DNA of 32,000 bases. It comes from Acinetobacter wanghuae. Lineage in GTDB: Bacteria > Pseudomonadota > Gammaproteobacteria > Pseudomonadales > Moraxellaceae. The notes beneath the pieces are model-generated. The model saw nothing but the letters and a program-made list of their open reading frames with translations. It had not been told where the DNA came from and ran no database searches. The DNA lies in contig NZ_CP045650.1 in the NCBI RefSeq assembly GCF_009557235.1, forward strand, positions 2,735,766-2,767,765. The letters run 5' to 3'. Positions 1 to 13,691 of the stretch are shown in pieces (position 1 is the stretch's first letter; each line of letters starts with the position of its first letter). The position numbers and the translations under genes were made by a program.

Positions 1-310
1 AAAAGGTAAAACCACTGAAAATAAAAACACAGATCAAAATAACATTTTTGCGCCCAATTTTATCGGCAAGCGTACCGAATAACATCGCGCCAAACATCAT
101 GCCCGCAAGTGCTGTACTTGCCAACATACCTGCTTGAACTGCGCTTAAAGACCATTGCTGCATCAGTAAGGGTAAAGCTACCCCATTAATCGCAAGATCA
201 TAACCATCAAATAAAATAATGATCAAACACCAAAAAACAACTTTAAAATGAAATGGCGTGAATTTCGCTGTATCAATAACATCATTCACATTAATTCTAT
301 TTATGACCAC
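1..310 (-). CDS. MFS transporter, aromatic acid:H+ symporter (AAHS)-like; N-terminal part only, gene runs off the window start
   Basis: Not in the ORF track (edge, GTG start). My minus-strand translation from GTG at 310 gives VVINRINVNDVIDTAKFTPFHFKVVFWCLIIILFDGYDLAINGVALPLLMQQWSLSAVQAGMLASTALAGMMFGAMLFGTLADKIGRKNV... This is clearly paralogous to the N-terminus of the 635..1984 protein. AGGAGG (322..317) lies 6 nt upstream of the GTG. Confidence 0.8.
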   Translation of the reverse strand, partial: MVINRINVNDVIDTAKFTPFHFKVVFWCLIIILFDGYDLAINGVALPLLMQQWSLSAVQAGMLASTALAGMMFGAMLFGTLADKIGRKNVILICVFIFSGFTF

Positions 311-587
311 GTCCCACCTCCTGTGAGTATTGTGATTATTTGAATTGCGATCGATGACAATCAGGATGTTATTATTTGAATGATGGAGATCGTCATGACG
401 CATCGAAATCACAGTTGACCATAGTGAAAACTGAGTAAACACGCGACGAAAGTCGAAAAAACACCCAAATAACTAGACCGATGCGTTCAGTTTTTAATCA
501 AAATATTTGTCATTTTTAAAGTGTTATTATTTTCAAAATAGTTATATTTGCCTTGTTTTTAAAAGCTAAATCCAGCAAATAATAGCC

Positions 588-618
588 AAAAAAAAAGCCC
601 CCTTTTCGGAGGCTTTTT
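588..618 (-). terminator. Rho-independent terminator of the 635..1984 transporter gene
   Basis: The minus strand reads GCCTCC-GAAAA-GGGGGC followed by a run of 9 T, about 20 nt after the stop codon. Confidence 0.75.
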
Positions 619-634
619 CTAAATTAACATCACT

Positions 635-1984
635 TTATGCTTTAGCAGAGACAACATCCGATGAGCTAACTTGATCAGATTCGTTATCATGCATAATTAA
701 AGCGACCGCAATAGCCGTAATCAGTACAGGTAAACCGACCGCCATAAAGTTAAAGTGCGCAGGAAGGTTCATACCAAGCAAGCCACCAATTAAGATTGGA
801 CCGACAATCGCGCCCATACGACCAATTGCAGACGACCAACCAATGCCTGTCGAACGTACCGCAAGTGGGTAGAACTGAGCCACATAACTATATAAAAGCA
901 TTTGCGAACCGATCGAAGCCGCGCCTGCCAAGAACACTAAAACATAGAGTAGGAATTGGTTAGATTGGAAGCCCATTAAGCTCATCACAATCGCCCCCAT
1001 AATTCCAAGGAACATCAAAACAGGCTTTAAGTGGAAACGATCCGCTAAAATACCACCACCAACAATGCCGATCACTGCACCAATGTTCATGACCATCATA
1101 AACATTAAACTGTTATCCATTGAATAACCTGCCGCCATCATCAATTTCGGCAACCAACTGCTCAGCGCATACATCGTCAATAGACAGCTAAAGAACGCGA
1201 TCCAAAATAAAATCGTATTCATTGCACGACCACGACGGAATAGACTGACCACATTGGCAGCTTCAGGCACATTTTCCTCAGGCAGCGTGAACGTCGTTGC
1301 ATCCGTTACTTTTACATTGGGCGCTAAACGTTTCACAATTTTACGTGCTTCAGCTTGTTTGTTTTGTTTCACCATAAAAGACAGTGATTCAGGTAAAAAT
1401 TTCCAAATCAAAGGCAATAAAAATAATGGAATGCCAGCAATAAAGAACATGATCTGCCATCCAAAATTCGGCGTAAACCATGAACCTAGCAGTGCAGCCA
1501 TTACGCCACCCACCGCATAACCACTAAACATAGTCGTTACCAATGTACTGCGCAATTTTTTAGGTGCATATTCAGAAGTTAAAGCCACAAGGTTTGGCAT
1601 AACACCGCCAATCCCTAAACCAGCCAAGAAGCGTAAAATACCAAATTCAGTCGGATTTGAAGCAAAACCACCCGCAAATGTGAGTCCACTAAACAGTACA
1701 ATACAGATCATAATCACTTTCTTACGACCAATTTTGTCCGCAAGAGAGCCAAAAATCATTGCACCAAACATCATACCTGCAAGTGCAGTGCTCGCGAGCA
1801 TACCGGCTTGAACTGCCGATAAGCCCCAGTCATTCATCAATAGTGGTAAAGTGACACCATTAATGGCTAAATCATAACCATCGAATAAAATAATCAGTAA
1901 ACACCAAGCGACAACATTCATGTGAAATGGGGTCAATTTCGCATGGTCTACGATAGAATTTACATCCATATGTTCCGTTTTCAT
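635..1984 (-). CDS. MFS transporter, aromatic acid:H+ symporter (AAHS) family (PcaK/BenK/MhpT-like)
   Basis: The ORF is 462 aa with 12 predicted TM helices. It has the MFS signature GSLADKIGRKK after TM2 and a mid-protein hydrophilic loop. The ORF track starts at 2023. I prefer ATG at 1984 (MKTEHMDVNSIVDHAKLTPFH...) because GGGAGA lies 8 nt upstream and the upstream paralog aligns from this point. Confidence 0.88.
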   Translation of the reverse strand: MKTEHMDVNSIVDHAKLTPFHMNVVAWCLLIILFDGYDLAINGVTLPLLMNDWGLSAVQAGMLASTALAGMMFGAMIFGSLADKIGRKKVIMICIVLFSGLTFAGGFASNPTEFGILRFLAGLGIGGVMPNLVALTSEYAPKKLRSTLVTTMFSGYAVGGVMAALLGSWFTPNFGWQIMFFIAGIPLFLLPLIWKFLPESLSFMVKQNKQAEARKIVKRLAPNVKVTDATTFTLPEENVPEAANVVSLFRRGRAMNTILFWIAFFSCLLTMYALSSWLPKLMMAAGYSMDNSLMFMMVMNIGAVIGIVGGGILADRFHLKPVLMFLGIMGAIVMSLMGFQSNQFLLYVLVFLAGAASIGSQMLLYSYVAQFYPLAVRSTGIGWSSAIGRMGAIVGPILIGGLLGMNLPAHFNFMAVGLPVLITAIAVALIMHDNESDQVSSSDVVSAKA

Positions 1985-2362
1985 CGTTCTCATCTCCCAT
2001 GAGTACTTGTCCACACTTAACACTCATTGTTAAGCTATTTTTTAAATTGCTAAACAATATAATGTGATACAAATAAGCACTCAATAAGACCAAAGAATAA
2101 AAAAGTAGGAAATATATGCTTTATAGGTAATTGTATTTGAAAGATATATTTAAATACTAAATGAAAATAATCTCTATATTTTTGAAGATGATATAAAGCA
2201 AAAAATACGTTTATTTAATATTCGATTTAAAGCAATTTATTTACTATTTTTACAGAATATCTTTTTATAAATTGAGATAAAATCGAAAAAACCCTTTAAA
2301 TGACGCTCATAATTTTTTGTTTATTACTTTGCTGATTATAAAAAACTTTCTTTCCTGCATAG

Positions 2363-2398
2363 AAAAACCCCCTCAATCATTTGATTGAGGGGGTTTTT
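2363..2398 (-). terminator. rrn operon terminator (bidirectional-looking hairpin)
   Basis: AAAAA-CCCCCTCAATCA-tt-TGATTGAGGGGG-TTTTT sits immediately downstream of the 5S gene on the minus strand. Confidence 0.8.
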
Positions 2399-2406
2399 GA
2401 ATTAAT

Positions 2407-2523
2407 GAGCTGGCGATGACTTACTCTCACATGGGTAATCCCACACTACCATCAGCGCTAAGAGGTTTCACTTCTGAGTTCGGGAAGGGATCAGGTGGTT
2501 CACTCTTGCTATTGTCGCCAGCA
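2407..2523 (-). rRNA. rrf: 5S ribosomal RNA
   Basis: The reverse complement reads TGCTGGCGACAATAGCAAGAGTGAACCACCTGATCCCTTCCCGAACTCAGAAGTGAAACCTCTTAGCGCTGATGGTAGTGTGGGATTACCCATGTGAGAGTAAGTCATCGCCAGC. It contains the canonical 5S core motifs CCGAACTCAGAAGTGAAAC and GATGGTAGTGTGGG. Ends are +/-3 nt. Confidence 0.95.
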
Positions 2524-2702
2524 CAACTGTTTATGATTACTCGCTATGGTCTTAGTTGCTTTCGCATGCCTAGCTTTGGTCAAAAGAGTTATTAACAGAG
2601 ATATTTGAGTATCGATGTGTTGCTTAATTTTACTTAGCTTTCAAACTAAATCAAGTTGTTTTGTAGTGATTTCGACTACAACACCAACTGTTTGGGTGTT
2701 GT

Positions 2703-5597
<2,895 letters not shown>

Positions 5598-6056
5598 ATA
5601 CAACCCCAAACAGTCGACGGTACCTACAAGGAGCACCTTCAACATACAGTTCGAAGTACTGTGAATCTAATCACTGTACAGCTTCAATCAAAATCATATA
5701 CCAAAACGCTTGATTCAGTTAATCGCTAGTTTCTCATCACTTCTTATTCAACCACTCACTTAGCTTACGCTTTGTAAGTTGTTGTTTAATTAGCTCTGAG
5801 CCTTAAACAATTTATTTCAACTCAAATATATTCTGTTAATGATTGTCTACGTCCTCATCGGATCGTAGCAACTGTGATAAATCACAGAGATTACCAAGTG
5901 CGCGTATCATAACGCTTATACTTGTTAATCTCTAGAATCTAAACACTTGACAGCTCAAGGACTAATCAACCTCAGCACCGTATGATCACATACTGCGCGA
6001 AGCGTAGCTTCTTGCCTAAATTTCAAGGAAAAGCATGCTTTTCTTGTCTTGAAATT

Positions 6057-6132
6057 TGGTGGAGACTAACGGAGTCGAACCGTTGACCTCCTGCGTGCAA
6101 AGCAGGCGCTCTACCAACTAAGCTAAGTCCCC
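6057..6132 (-). tRNA. tRNA-Ala (anticodon TGC), in the 16S-23S spacer
   Basis: The reverse complement is GGGGACTTAGCTTAGTTGGTAGAGCGCCTGCTTTGCACGCAGGAGGTCAACGGTTCGACTCCGTTAGTCTCCACCA. It folds as a cloverleaf with the G3:U70 Ala identity pair, anticodon loop CTTTGCACG and an encoded CCA. Confidence 0.95.
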
Positions 6133-6175
6133 AGCTTATCATTTAGATCAATGTATCTGATTTCTGTTTTGCAGA

Positions 6176-6252
<77 letters not shown>

Positions 6253-6312
6253 TCAGGTACATCGTATGAAGAACAACTTGTTGTGGATTCTTACCAATCG
6301 TCAATCTTTCGT

Positions 6313-7841
<1,529 letters not shown>

Positions 7842-8108
7842 AAAATCAGTAGTAGCTTAAAGGCTACCAATCTTGGCTCATCAATTTTCTGACAAATATT
7901 TCTCAAATAAACTTCGAGTAATTTCTACCATCAATCAATGAAAATAATTTCGATCAATCAATCAGTAAAAATCCACACAAGTTGTTCTTCATAATCTCTT
8001 AATGATCTTCTTAATACTTCGTCAGTATTAAGAGCTGGACTTCGATAAACTTAACAACTCAGCACTTCGTGCTTCGTTCGTTTCCGTCTATCTCGTCGGT
8101 ATGGGTGC

Positions 8109-8136
8109 ATTCTAGAGGATTTCAGAATCATTGCAA
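8109..8136 (-). promoter_or_regulatory. Candidate rrn promoter (sigma70 -35/-10)
   Basis: The minus strand reads TTGCAA (8136..8131), a 16-nt spacer, TAGAAT (8114..8109), then the GC-rich discriminator GCACCC. An A/T-rich UP-like stretch lies upstream. The site is about 270 nt upstream of the mature 16S 5' end and resembles E. coli rrn P1 architecture. It is not experimentally anchored. Confidence 0.55.
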
Positions 8137-8558
8137 CCCCTAATTCACTATATTTTTCACGTATGTATCTTTTTTCTACAAAAACCATAAAAAAACTGCT
8201 TTTTTACCTATTTTTTGCACATTTTTATTAAAAAATATCGTATTCACTGATGAAAAACCATTTTCTTATTGATCAACAATGAGCTTCATTTAAAGGTTTT
8301 AAGTCTTAATCTATAGGATTTTTTAACTTATATCTTCTATTCCACCCTTCTCGCCCACTTTTTTGGCTAATAAACCATTTTTAACTCACTCGAATTTCTT
8401 TCTATACATATAACTTAGCTTTGTTATGCGCAATTAATGGATAGATCTCGTGAATCTCGACAATCTCACAAGCTTTTTATATTTAGATGGCTTTTTTGTG
8501 TATATCCACATTGCTCGTATTTACTTAGACTATCCGCTTTATACCTAATGTCAGCAAA

Positions 8559-9188
8559 ATGCCAACATCATATATAGCAAGAGTCATTATTTTAGTGATT
8601 GGGTTATTTCTTATGGCTTTTGGGGTGGTGCTCTCCATTCACTCTGCTTTGGGCACATCTCCCATTTCATCTTTACCCTATACCTTAAGCTTTATCTTTA
8701 ATATGAGTGTCGGGATGCTGACGATCCTCATGCATATTGTGATGATTCTTCTACAAATGCTTTTATTACAAAAAAACTTTCAATGGCATCAGTGGTTACA
8801 ACTTCCTGTTGGGCTTATTTTTGGATTGATGATTGATGCGCTCATGTGGCTGACACAAGCGTGGCAGATTCAAATCTACTCACTGCAAATTGCAATGTGC
8901 TTACTGAGCTGCTTATTCACCGCATTTGGCGTGTGTTTTGTGATTCAAGCCAATTTAGTATTTTTAGCTGGCGAGGGACTATATGCAGCTGTGTCACAAC
9001 GCTTCAAGATCAGTTTTGGCAAATGTAAAACATATGGCGATCTGATCTTGGTCTTCATTGCTGTAATTATAAGTGCCTGGATGCTCAGCGAAATCGTGGG
9101 TGTTCGTGAGGGCACGATCATCAGTGCATTATTGGTCGGCACAATGGTGAAATTTCTATTAGAAAAATTCAAACGTTTTCATTTTTAA
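8559..9188 (+). CDS. Integral membrane protein, YczE/YyaS/YitT-like (DUF6198-type)
   Basis: The ORF is 209 aa with about 5-6 TM helices. The N-terminal motif GLFLMAFGVVLSIHSALGTSPISSLPYTLS resembles what I recall for this family. The family call is from memory only. Confidence 0.7.
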   Translation: MPTSYIARVIILVIGLFLMAFGVVLSIHSALGTSPISSLPYTLSFIFNMSVGMLTILMHIVMILLQMLLLQKNFQWHQWLQLPVGLIFGLMIDALMWLTQAWQIQIYSLQIAMCLLSCLFTAFGVCFVIQANLVFLAGEGLYAAVSQRFKISFGKCKTYGDLILVFIAVIISAWMLSEIVGVREGTIISALLVGTMVKFLLEKFKRFHF

Positions 9189-9565
9189 TGGTGATCATTC
9201 AAATGATATGTAAAAGAAAGATATTGTTCGAGAAAAACAAGCTAGAAATTTAGGAAATAAAAAAGGAAGAGATCTCTCCCAAAATCTCCTCCTTAGAATG
9301 AATCTTTACCCGATCCAACATATCATTATTATAGTTATTCGATTTAAATCTTTAAAAAGAGTCTCTTGGGGAAGAGACTTTTAAATTGTGGAGTTCATTA
9401 TTATGTACCACGTTTACCCTCTAGATGTGCTTAACGCGAATTCTCTAGATGAATAAATCTTATACACAATATTTTATAAACGCAAGGCATTTGGGAAAAA
9501 TTAATCGTTGTTTTTATAAGGTTTTTTTGAATTTGCTTATTCAAAATAGTAATATAGCTTTTCAT

Positions 9566-9593
9566 AAAAAAAAGCAGACCGAAGCCTGCTTTT
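9566..9593 (-). terminator. Rho-independent terminator of tyrS
   Basis: The minus strand reads AGCAGGC-TTCG-GTCTGCT followed by TTTTTTTT, about 25 nt after the tyrS stop. Confidence 0.75.
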
Positions 9594-9616
9594 AATTCAA
9601 TAACTTATAACAACAC

Positions 9617-10831
9617 TTAGTCAACAAAGGTCACTTTTGCGATGGCTTTTTTACTTGCCTGAACAATCAAAGTCACTTTATCTTTCACAGAAAAACTGGT
9701 ATCAACCGCATTCCAGTCTACTTTTACAGCACCACGACCCAAAGCATCTTTTGCTTGCGCTGAATTCTTAGTCAAACCTGCTTCACGTAGAATTGACGTA
9801 ATGAAAATCTCACCACCAAACTCAGACAATGAAATCGTCACTTCAGGCGTACCTTCAGGAAGTTCACCTTCTGTAATGATATTACCTGCACCTTTATGCG
9901 CATGAGCCGCAGCTTCCGCCCCGTGGAAACGCTCAACCAATTCAAGTGCAAGAATCTTTTTCACTTCTTGTGGGTTACGACCATCTTCAATTTCTTTTAA
10001 TAAGACTTCAATGTCTTCAAGTGACTTAAAGCTTAAAAGCTCGAAGTAACGTTCAATCAATGAATCTGGCATTGAAAGTACTTTTTGATACATTGCACCT
10101 GGTGCATCAAACACACCAATATAGTTACCCAAAGATTTAGACATCTTATTGACGCCATCCAAACCTTCAAGAATTGGCACTGTAATACACACTTGCGGCT
10201 CTTGATCATAACGACCTTGCAGTGTACGCCCCATCAACAAGTTGAAAGTTTGGTCTGTACCGCCCATTTCAACATCGGCTTCAAGCGCAACAGAGTCATA
10301 ACCCTGAACCAATGGATACAAGAATTCGTGAATTGCGATCGGCTGTTGATTGTTATAACGCTTGGTAAAATCATCACGTTCAAGCATACGTGCAACTGTT
10401 TGTTGCGATGCCAATTGAATTAAATCAGCAGCAGATTTCTCTGCAAACCATTCAGAGTTGAAGACAACCTTGGTTTTATTTGGGTCAAGAATTTTAAACA
10501 CTTGTTCTTGATATGTTTTTGCATTCGCTAACACTTGTTCACGTGACAATGGTGGACGTGTCGCACTTTTACCTGTTGGGTCACCAATCATGGCAGTATA
10601 GTCGCCAATCAAGAAGTAAACTTCATGACCTAAATCTTGGAAAACTTTTAATTTATTAATTAAAACTGTATGACCTAAGTGCAAATCAGGGGCTGTAGGA
10701 TCAAAACCCGCTTTAATTTTTAATGGACGATTCAGCTTTAATTTTTTCAGAAGATCTTCTTCAGAAATAATTTCGTGGGTGCCTCGTTGAATGAGGGCAA
10801 GTTGTTCTTCAGCCGGCAGGAAATTTGACAT
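9617..10831 (-). CDS. tyrS: Tyrosine--tRNA ligase
   Basis: It has the class I HIGH motif (DLHLGHTV), a KMSKS motif and a C-terminal S4-like domain, and looks TyrS-like end to end. The ORF track starts at a TTG (10843); I use the ATG at 10831 ([17 protein letters not shown]). Confidence 0.93.
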   Translation of the reverse strand: MSNFLPAEEQLALIQRGTHEIISEEDLLKKLKLNRPLKIKAGFDPTAPDLHLGHTVLINKLKVFQDLGHEVYFLIGDYTAMIGDPTGKSATRPPLSREQVLANAKTYQEQVFKILDPNKTKVVFNSEWFAEKSAADLIQLASQQTVARMLERDDFTKRYNNQQPIAIHEFLYPLVQGYDSVALEADVEMGGTDQTFNLLMGRTLQGRYDQEPQVCITVPILEGLDGVNKMSKSLGNYIGVFDAPGAMYQKVLSMPDSLIERYFELLSFKSLEDIEVLLKEIEDGRNPQEVKKILALELVERFHGAEAAAHAHKGAGNIITEGELPEGTPEVTISLSEFGGEIFITSILREAGLTKNSAQAKDALGRGAVKVDWNAVDTSFSVKDKVTLIVQASKKAIAKVTFVD

Positions 10832-10912
10832 CACAAAATCCAAATAGATCAGTTATACAATTTGTGCGATATACTAACACTTTTTCAGCACATTGCAGGC
10901 TTAAGAATAACC

Positions 10913-12040
10913 ATGACAGCGATCTATATTGGGGTAATGACCGGCACAAGCATGGATGGTGTCGACATCGTTGCTGCTTCTTTTGATCCTCTACAACTTC
11001 ATGCCACCCTTACTCTTCCATTCGATCCTGACCTTCGTGATGAACTCATGGCGCTGACTTTGCCAGATGACAACGAAATTGATCGCATGGGCAAAGCCGA
11101 TGTTGCTTTAGCTAAAATGATTGGGCATGGTATTAATGCGCTGATTGAAAAAAATAATCTTGATCGCAATCAAATTAAAGCCATTGGTTCACATGGACAA
11201 ACCATTCGCCACCGTCCAGAACATGCGTTTACCTTACAAATTGGCGATCCAAATATCATTACAGAAATTACGAACATTCCAGTGATTTCAGATTTCCGTC
11301 GTCGTGATTTAGCCGCTGGCGGACAAGGTGCGCCTTTAGTGCCTGCTTTTCACCAAGATATTTTCCAACACGAATCAATTCACCGCGTCATTTTAAATTT
11401 AGGCGGTATCGCCAATGTAAGTTTGTTGCCTGCCGGAAAGCCTGAAGATGTCTATGGCTTTGATACTGGACCTGCCAACATTTTGATGGATGCATGGTGC
11501 GAACGTTATACCGGCCAGCCTTATGATGAAAATGGCAATTGGGCAGCTTATGGAACCCCAATTCGCAGCTTACTTGACCGTTTACAAGAACATGAATTTT
11601 TCTCGAAAGAACCCCCAAAAAGCACAGGACGTGAAGATTTCAATCTTGAATGGCTTGATGAACAAATTTTAGATTGGCGTAATGATCTACAATATGATGA
11701 ATTAGAAGACACGCCTGAAAATGTGCAGGCCACTTTAATGAAACTCACCACGCGTGCGATTAAAAAAGCAATTTATCGTTCAGGTATGGAAACAGGTGAA
11801 GTCTACGTTTGTGGAGGTGGTGCCTATAATTCAAACCTACTTGAACAATTACGCTGGCGTTTACGCAAACACAATTGGAGCGTACAAACCACAGCAGATT
11901 TAGGTTTAAGTCCGACATGGGTTGAAGGTACTGCTTTTGCTTGGTTGGCTATGCGCTTTATGAATCAACTGAGTGGTAATTTACCTGCTGTAACCGGTGC
12001 TTCAGGTTATCGGGTATTGGGTACCATTACTTCAGTTTAA
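10913..12040 (+). CDS. anmK: Anhydro-N-acetylmuramic acid kinase
   Basis: It has the typical AnmK N-terminus YIGVMTGTSMDGVDIV and the motifs GSHGQTIRH and GGGAYN. The ORF track starts at a TTG (10862); I use the ATG at 10913 (MTAIYIGVMTGTS). Confidence 0.9.
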   Translation: MTAIYIGVMTGTSMDGVDIVAASFDPLQLHATLTLPFDPDLRDELMALTLPDDNEIDRMGKADVALAKMIGHGINALIEKNNLDRNQIKAIGSHGQTIRHRPEHAFTLQIGDPNIITEITNIPVISDFRRRDLAAGGQGAPLVPAFHQDIFQHESIHRVILNLGGIANVSLLPAGKPEDVYGFDTGPANILMDAWCERYTGQPYDENGNWAAYGTPIRSLLDRLQEHEFFSKEPPKSTGREDFNLEWLDEQILDWRNDLQYDELEDTPENVQATLMKLTTRAIKKAIYRSGMETGEVYVCGGGAYNSNLLEQLRWRLRKHNWSVQTTADLGLSPTWVEGTAFAWLAMRFMNQLSGNLPAVTGASGYRVLGTITSV

Positions 12041-12068
12041 GTTTCAAAAAGTACCTATATATAGTCAT

Positions 12069-12098
12069 AAAAAAGGTCTGCAAACGCAGACCTTTTTA
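12069..12098. terminator. Bidirectional terminator between the convergent anmK and transglycosylase genes
   Basis: The sequence is AAAAAA-GGTCTGC-AAAC-GCAGACC-TTTTT. Confidence 0.8.
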
Positions 12099-12107
12099 AA
12101 TAAGCCG

Positions 12108-13397
12108 TTATCTTAAAATTTTCTTGGCATTTTCATCCCGAAAAGCTTTTAAAATTTGCTGTCCTGCACGCCCTGTTAGACTTAAGCCCAAACGACTTTG
12201 CTCTTGACGAATAGCTTGACGAGATTTATCACCAATCAGACCATCGACCTCACCAATATCATAGCCGCGGTTTAATAAAAACTGTTGAATTTCACGACGC
12301 TCTGCACGCGAAGTACCGGCATCAGCTGTTGGCCAAGTTTGTTTGAAGCCACCCTGTCCTTGTAAACGATCGGATAAATGTGCAATCGCTAAAGCATAAC
12401 TTTCAGCAGCGTTATAACTATAAATCGCATCGAAGTTTTTAAACACGAGGAAGACAGGACCGCTTGCACCGGCAGGTGCCATAAGTCCCGCTTGTGAATA
12501 TTCAGACAAACTACCTTGAATAAGTGGCGAACCATCAGCCCGCACCACTCCACGACTCATCCAAGTATTTAAAGCCTTTTTATTTTTACGACTTTCTCCT
12601 GAAATTGACATATTTTCAGGAATTTTGACTTCAAATCCCCATGGCTGACCATTTTGCCAACCGCGCTTATTCAAAAAATTGGCGGTCGAAGCCAATGCAT
12701 CTGGAATACTGCTCACTAAATCACGTCGACCGTCACCATCAAAGTCAACTGCGAGCTCATCATAAGTCGAAGGCATAAACTGCGTATGACCGAAAGCGCC
12801 TGCCCATGAACCTTTTAATTGATCTTCACTGACATCGCCACGTTGTAATAATTTTAACGTCGTGAAAAATTCACCACCGAAATAGCCTTGTCGACGCCCT
12901 TCACAACTCAACGTCCCGAGTGACTGCAATAAAGGATATTTTCCTGCGATATCTCCAAAATTACTTTCTACTCCCCAAACTGCAACGACTGTTTCTGCAG
13001 GTACGCCATAACGCGCTGCAACACGATCTAAGACGCTTCGATGCTGTTGTAATTTTTGGCGCCCCAATTGCACACGCTCTTCGTCAACGAGACCAGATAA
13101 ATAGTCCCAAATAGGTGTCGAAAACTCAGGTTGATAGTTGAGTTTCTCTATAACTGAATAATCAGGCGTTAAATTTTGCGTATAACGATCATACGTTGCA
13201 GCACTCACACCTTTCGAGATGGCTTGAGATTTTAAGTTCGCCAAGCAATTTTGAAACGTATTAGAAGTTGGTGAATAAGAGACACCACGAGTTGATAAGT
13301 CAGCAGGTGCTACTCGCTGCCCATTCATAATTAATTCAGCATGTGCCTGTGAAGCTGCCAAAACCACACAACCAACAAAAAGTGCAAGCCGTTGCAT
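12108..13397 (-). CDS. Lytic murein transglycosylase (MltB/SltB family 3 catalytic domain plus C-terminal peptidoglycan-binding domain), secreted
   Basis: The ORF is 429 aa. It has a signal peptide MQRLALFVGCVVLAASQAHA, the catalytic-region motif VWGVESNFG and a C-terminal PG_binding_1-like repeat (LLNRGYDIGEVDGLIGDKSRQAIRQEQ). Confidence 0.88.
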   Translation of the reverse strand: MQRLALFVGCVVLAASQAHAELIMNGQRVAPADLSTRGVSYSPTSNTFQNCLANLKSQAISKGVSAATYDRYTQNLTPDYSVIEKLNYQPEFSTPIWDYLSGLVDEERVQLGRQKLQQHRSVLDRVAARYGVPAETVVAVWGVESNFGDIAGKYPLLQSLGTLSCEGRRQGYFGGEFFTTLKLLQRGDVSEDQLKGSWAGAFGHTQFMPSTYDELAVDFDGDGRRDLVSSIPDALASTANFLNKRGWQNGQPWGFEVKIPENMSISGESRKNKKALNTWMSRGVVRADGSPLIQGSLSEYSQAGLMAPAGASGPVFLVFKNFDAIYSYNAAESYALAIAHLSDRLQGQGGFKQTWPTADAGTSRAERREIQQFLLNRGYDIGEVDGLIGDKSRQAIRQEQSRLGLSLTGRAGQQILKAFRDENAKKILR

Positions 13398-13534
13398 AAG
13401 ACCCTTTCATACTTAGATTTCGAATTATAGATTTACCTTAACAGCTCAAATTAAAAATGAAAGCATGCAAACGTAACTTTAAATTCATAATTCCTGTATT
13501 TTTAAATTCATTTTGTTGTTTTGAATTCAAAACC

Positions 13535-13543
13535 TTATCCACA
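13535..13543 (+). promoter_or_regulatory. Perfect consensus DnaA box TTATCCACA outside oriC
   Basis: This is an exact 9/9 match to the consensus DnaA box. It is followed by 6 nt and TTTAAATTTAAA, the same arrangement as at 31965-31991. Confidence 0.6.
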
Positions 13544-13682
13544 GTATTTTTTAAATTTAAAAACCGCGATATCTTTTGAATTTAAAATTAAAAATTGGCG
13601 CTAATAGTTATGAATTCAAAATACTACCTGTGAGTAACTTTGATACTATTTTTTTAATTGGATATTTATCAAAATCTTAAGC

Positions 13683-13691
13683 TGTGTATAA
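13683..13691 (-). promoter_or_regulatory. DnaA box-like site TTATACACA (E. coli R2-type, 8/9)
   Basis: The plus strand reads TGTGTATAA, located in the spacer between the two repeat clusters. Confidence 0.4.

Noticed and set aside
1254-1520. Antisense or out-of-frame ORFs nested in well-supported genes. Examples are 1254..1520, 1872..2093, 8846..9028, 8945..9172, 10085..10423, 11388..11751, 12920..13114, 14536..14999, 15216..15708, 16618..17523, 19759..20637, 21225..21431, 21647..22052, 22600..23490, 24586..24939, 26157..27125, 27850..28782, 28868..29321, 30178..30609, 30665..31077.
   Set aside because: Each overlaps a longer ORF with clear family motifs on the other strand or frame. They have no independent RBS or homology signal and show skewed composition typical of shadow ORFs.
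6018-6057. Extended hairpin abutting the tRNA-Ala 3' end in the 16S-23S spacer (AAATTTCAAG...GAAAAGC-AT-GCTTTTC...CTTGAAATTT).
   Set aside because: Structured spacer elements next to spacer tRNAs are ordinary rRNA-processing features. Nothing suggests a separate function.
9189-9616. 430-bp non-coding gap between the convergent YczE-like gene and tyrS. It contains hairpins (GGAAGAGATCTCTCCC near 9264-9279; AGTCTCTT-GGGG-AAGAGACT at about 9360-9379) and a 17-codon ORF (ATG at about 9403) with GGAG upstream.
   Set aside because: The hairpins are adequately explained as terminators or 3'-UTR structures of the flanking convergent genes. The mini-ORF has no supporting features, and I recognise no RNA family.
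10832-10912. N-terminal extensions in the ORF track that use GTG/TTG or upstream ATG starts. These affect tyrS 10843, anmK 10862, mpl 16449, TerC 21331, hpt 23975, YeaQ-like 24686, mnmE 28730, rnpA 31319, rpmH 31543 and MFS 2023.
   Set aside because: In each case a downstream ATG has a better Shine-Dalgarno and gives the family-typical N-terminus. The extensions add non-conserved or hydrophobic junk residues.
13464-13479. ATGCAAACGTAACTTT resembles half of the E. coli PurR operator (ANGMAAACGTTTKCNT) and lies near the pur genes.
   Set aside because: Only the left half matches and the right half-site is absent. It also lies downstream of purEK rather than in their promoter, so it is probably chance.
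13457-13579. 40-codon ORF MKACKRNFKFIIPVFLNSFCCFEFKTLSTVFFKFKNRDIF running through the first repeat cluster.
   Set aside because: Its FKF/FEFK periodicity is just the translation of the TTTAAATTC repeats. There is no SD. The DNA-level dyad symmetry explains the pattern better than coding does.
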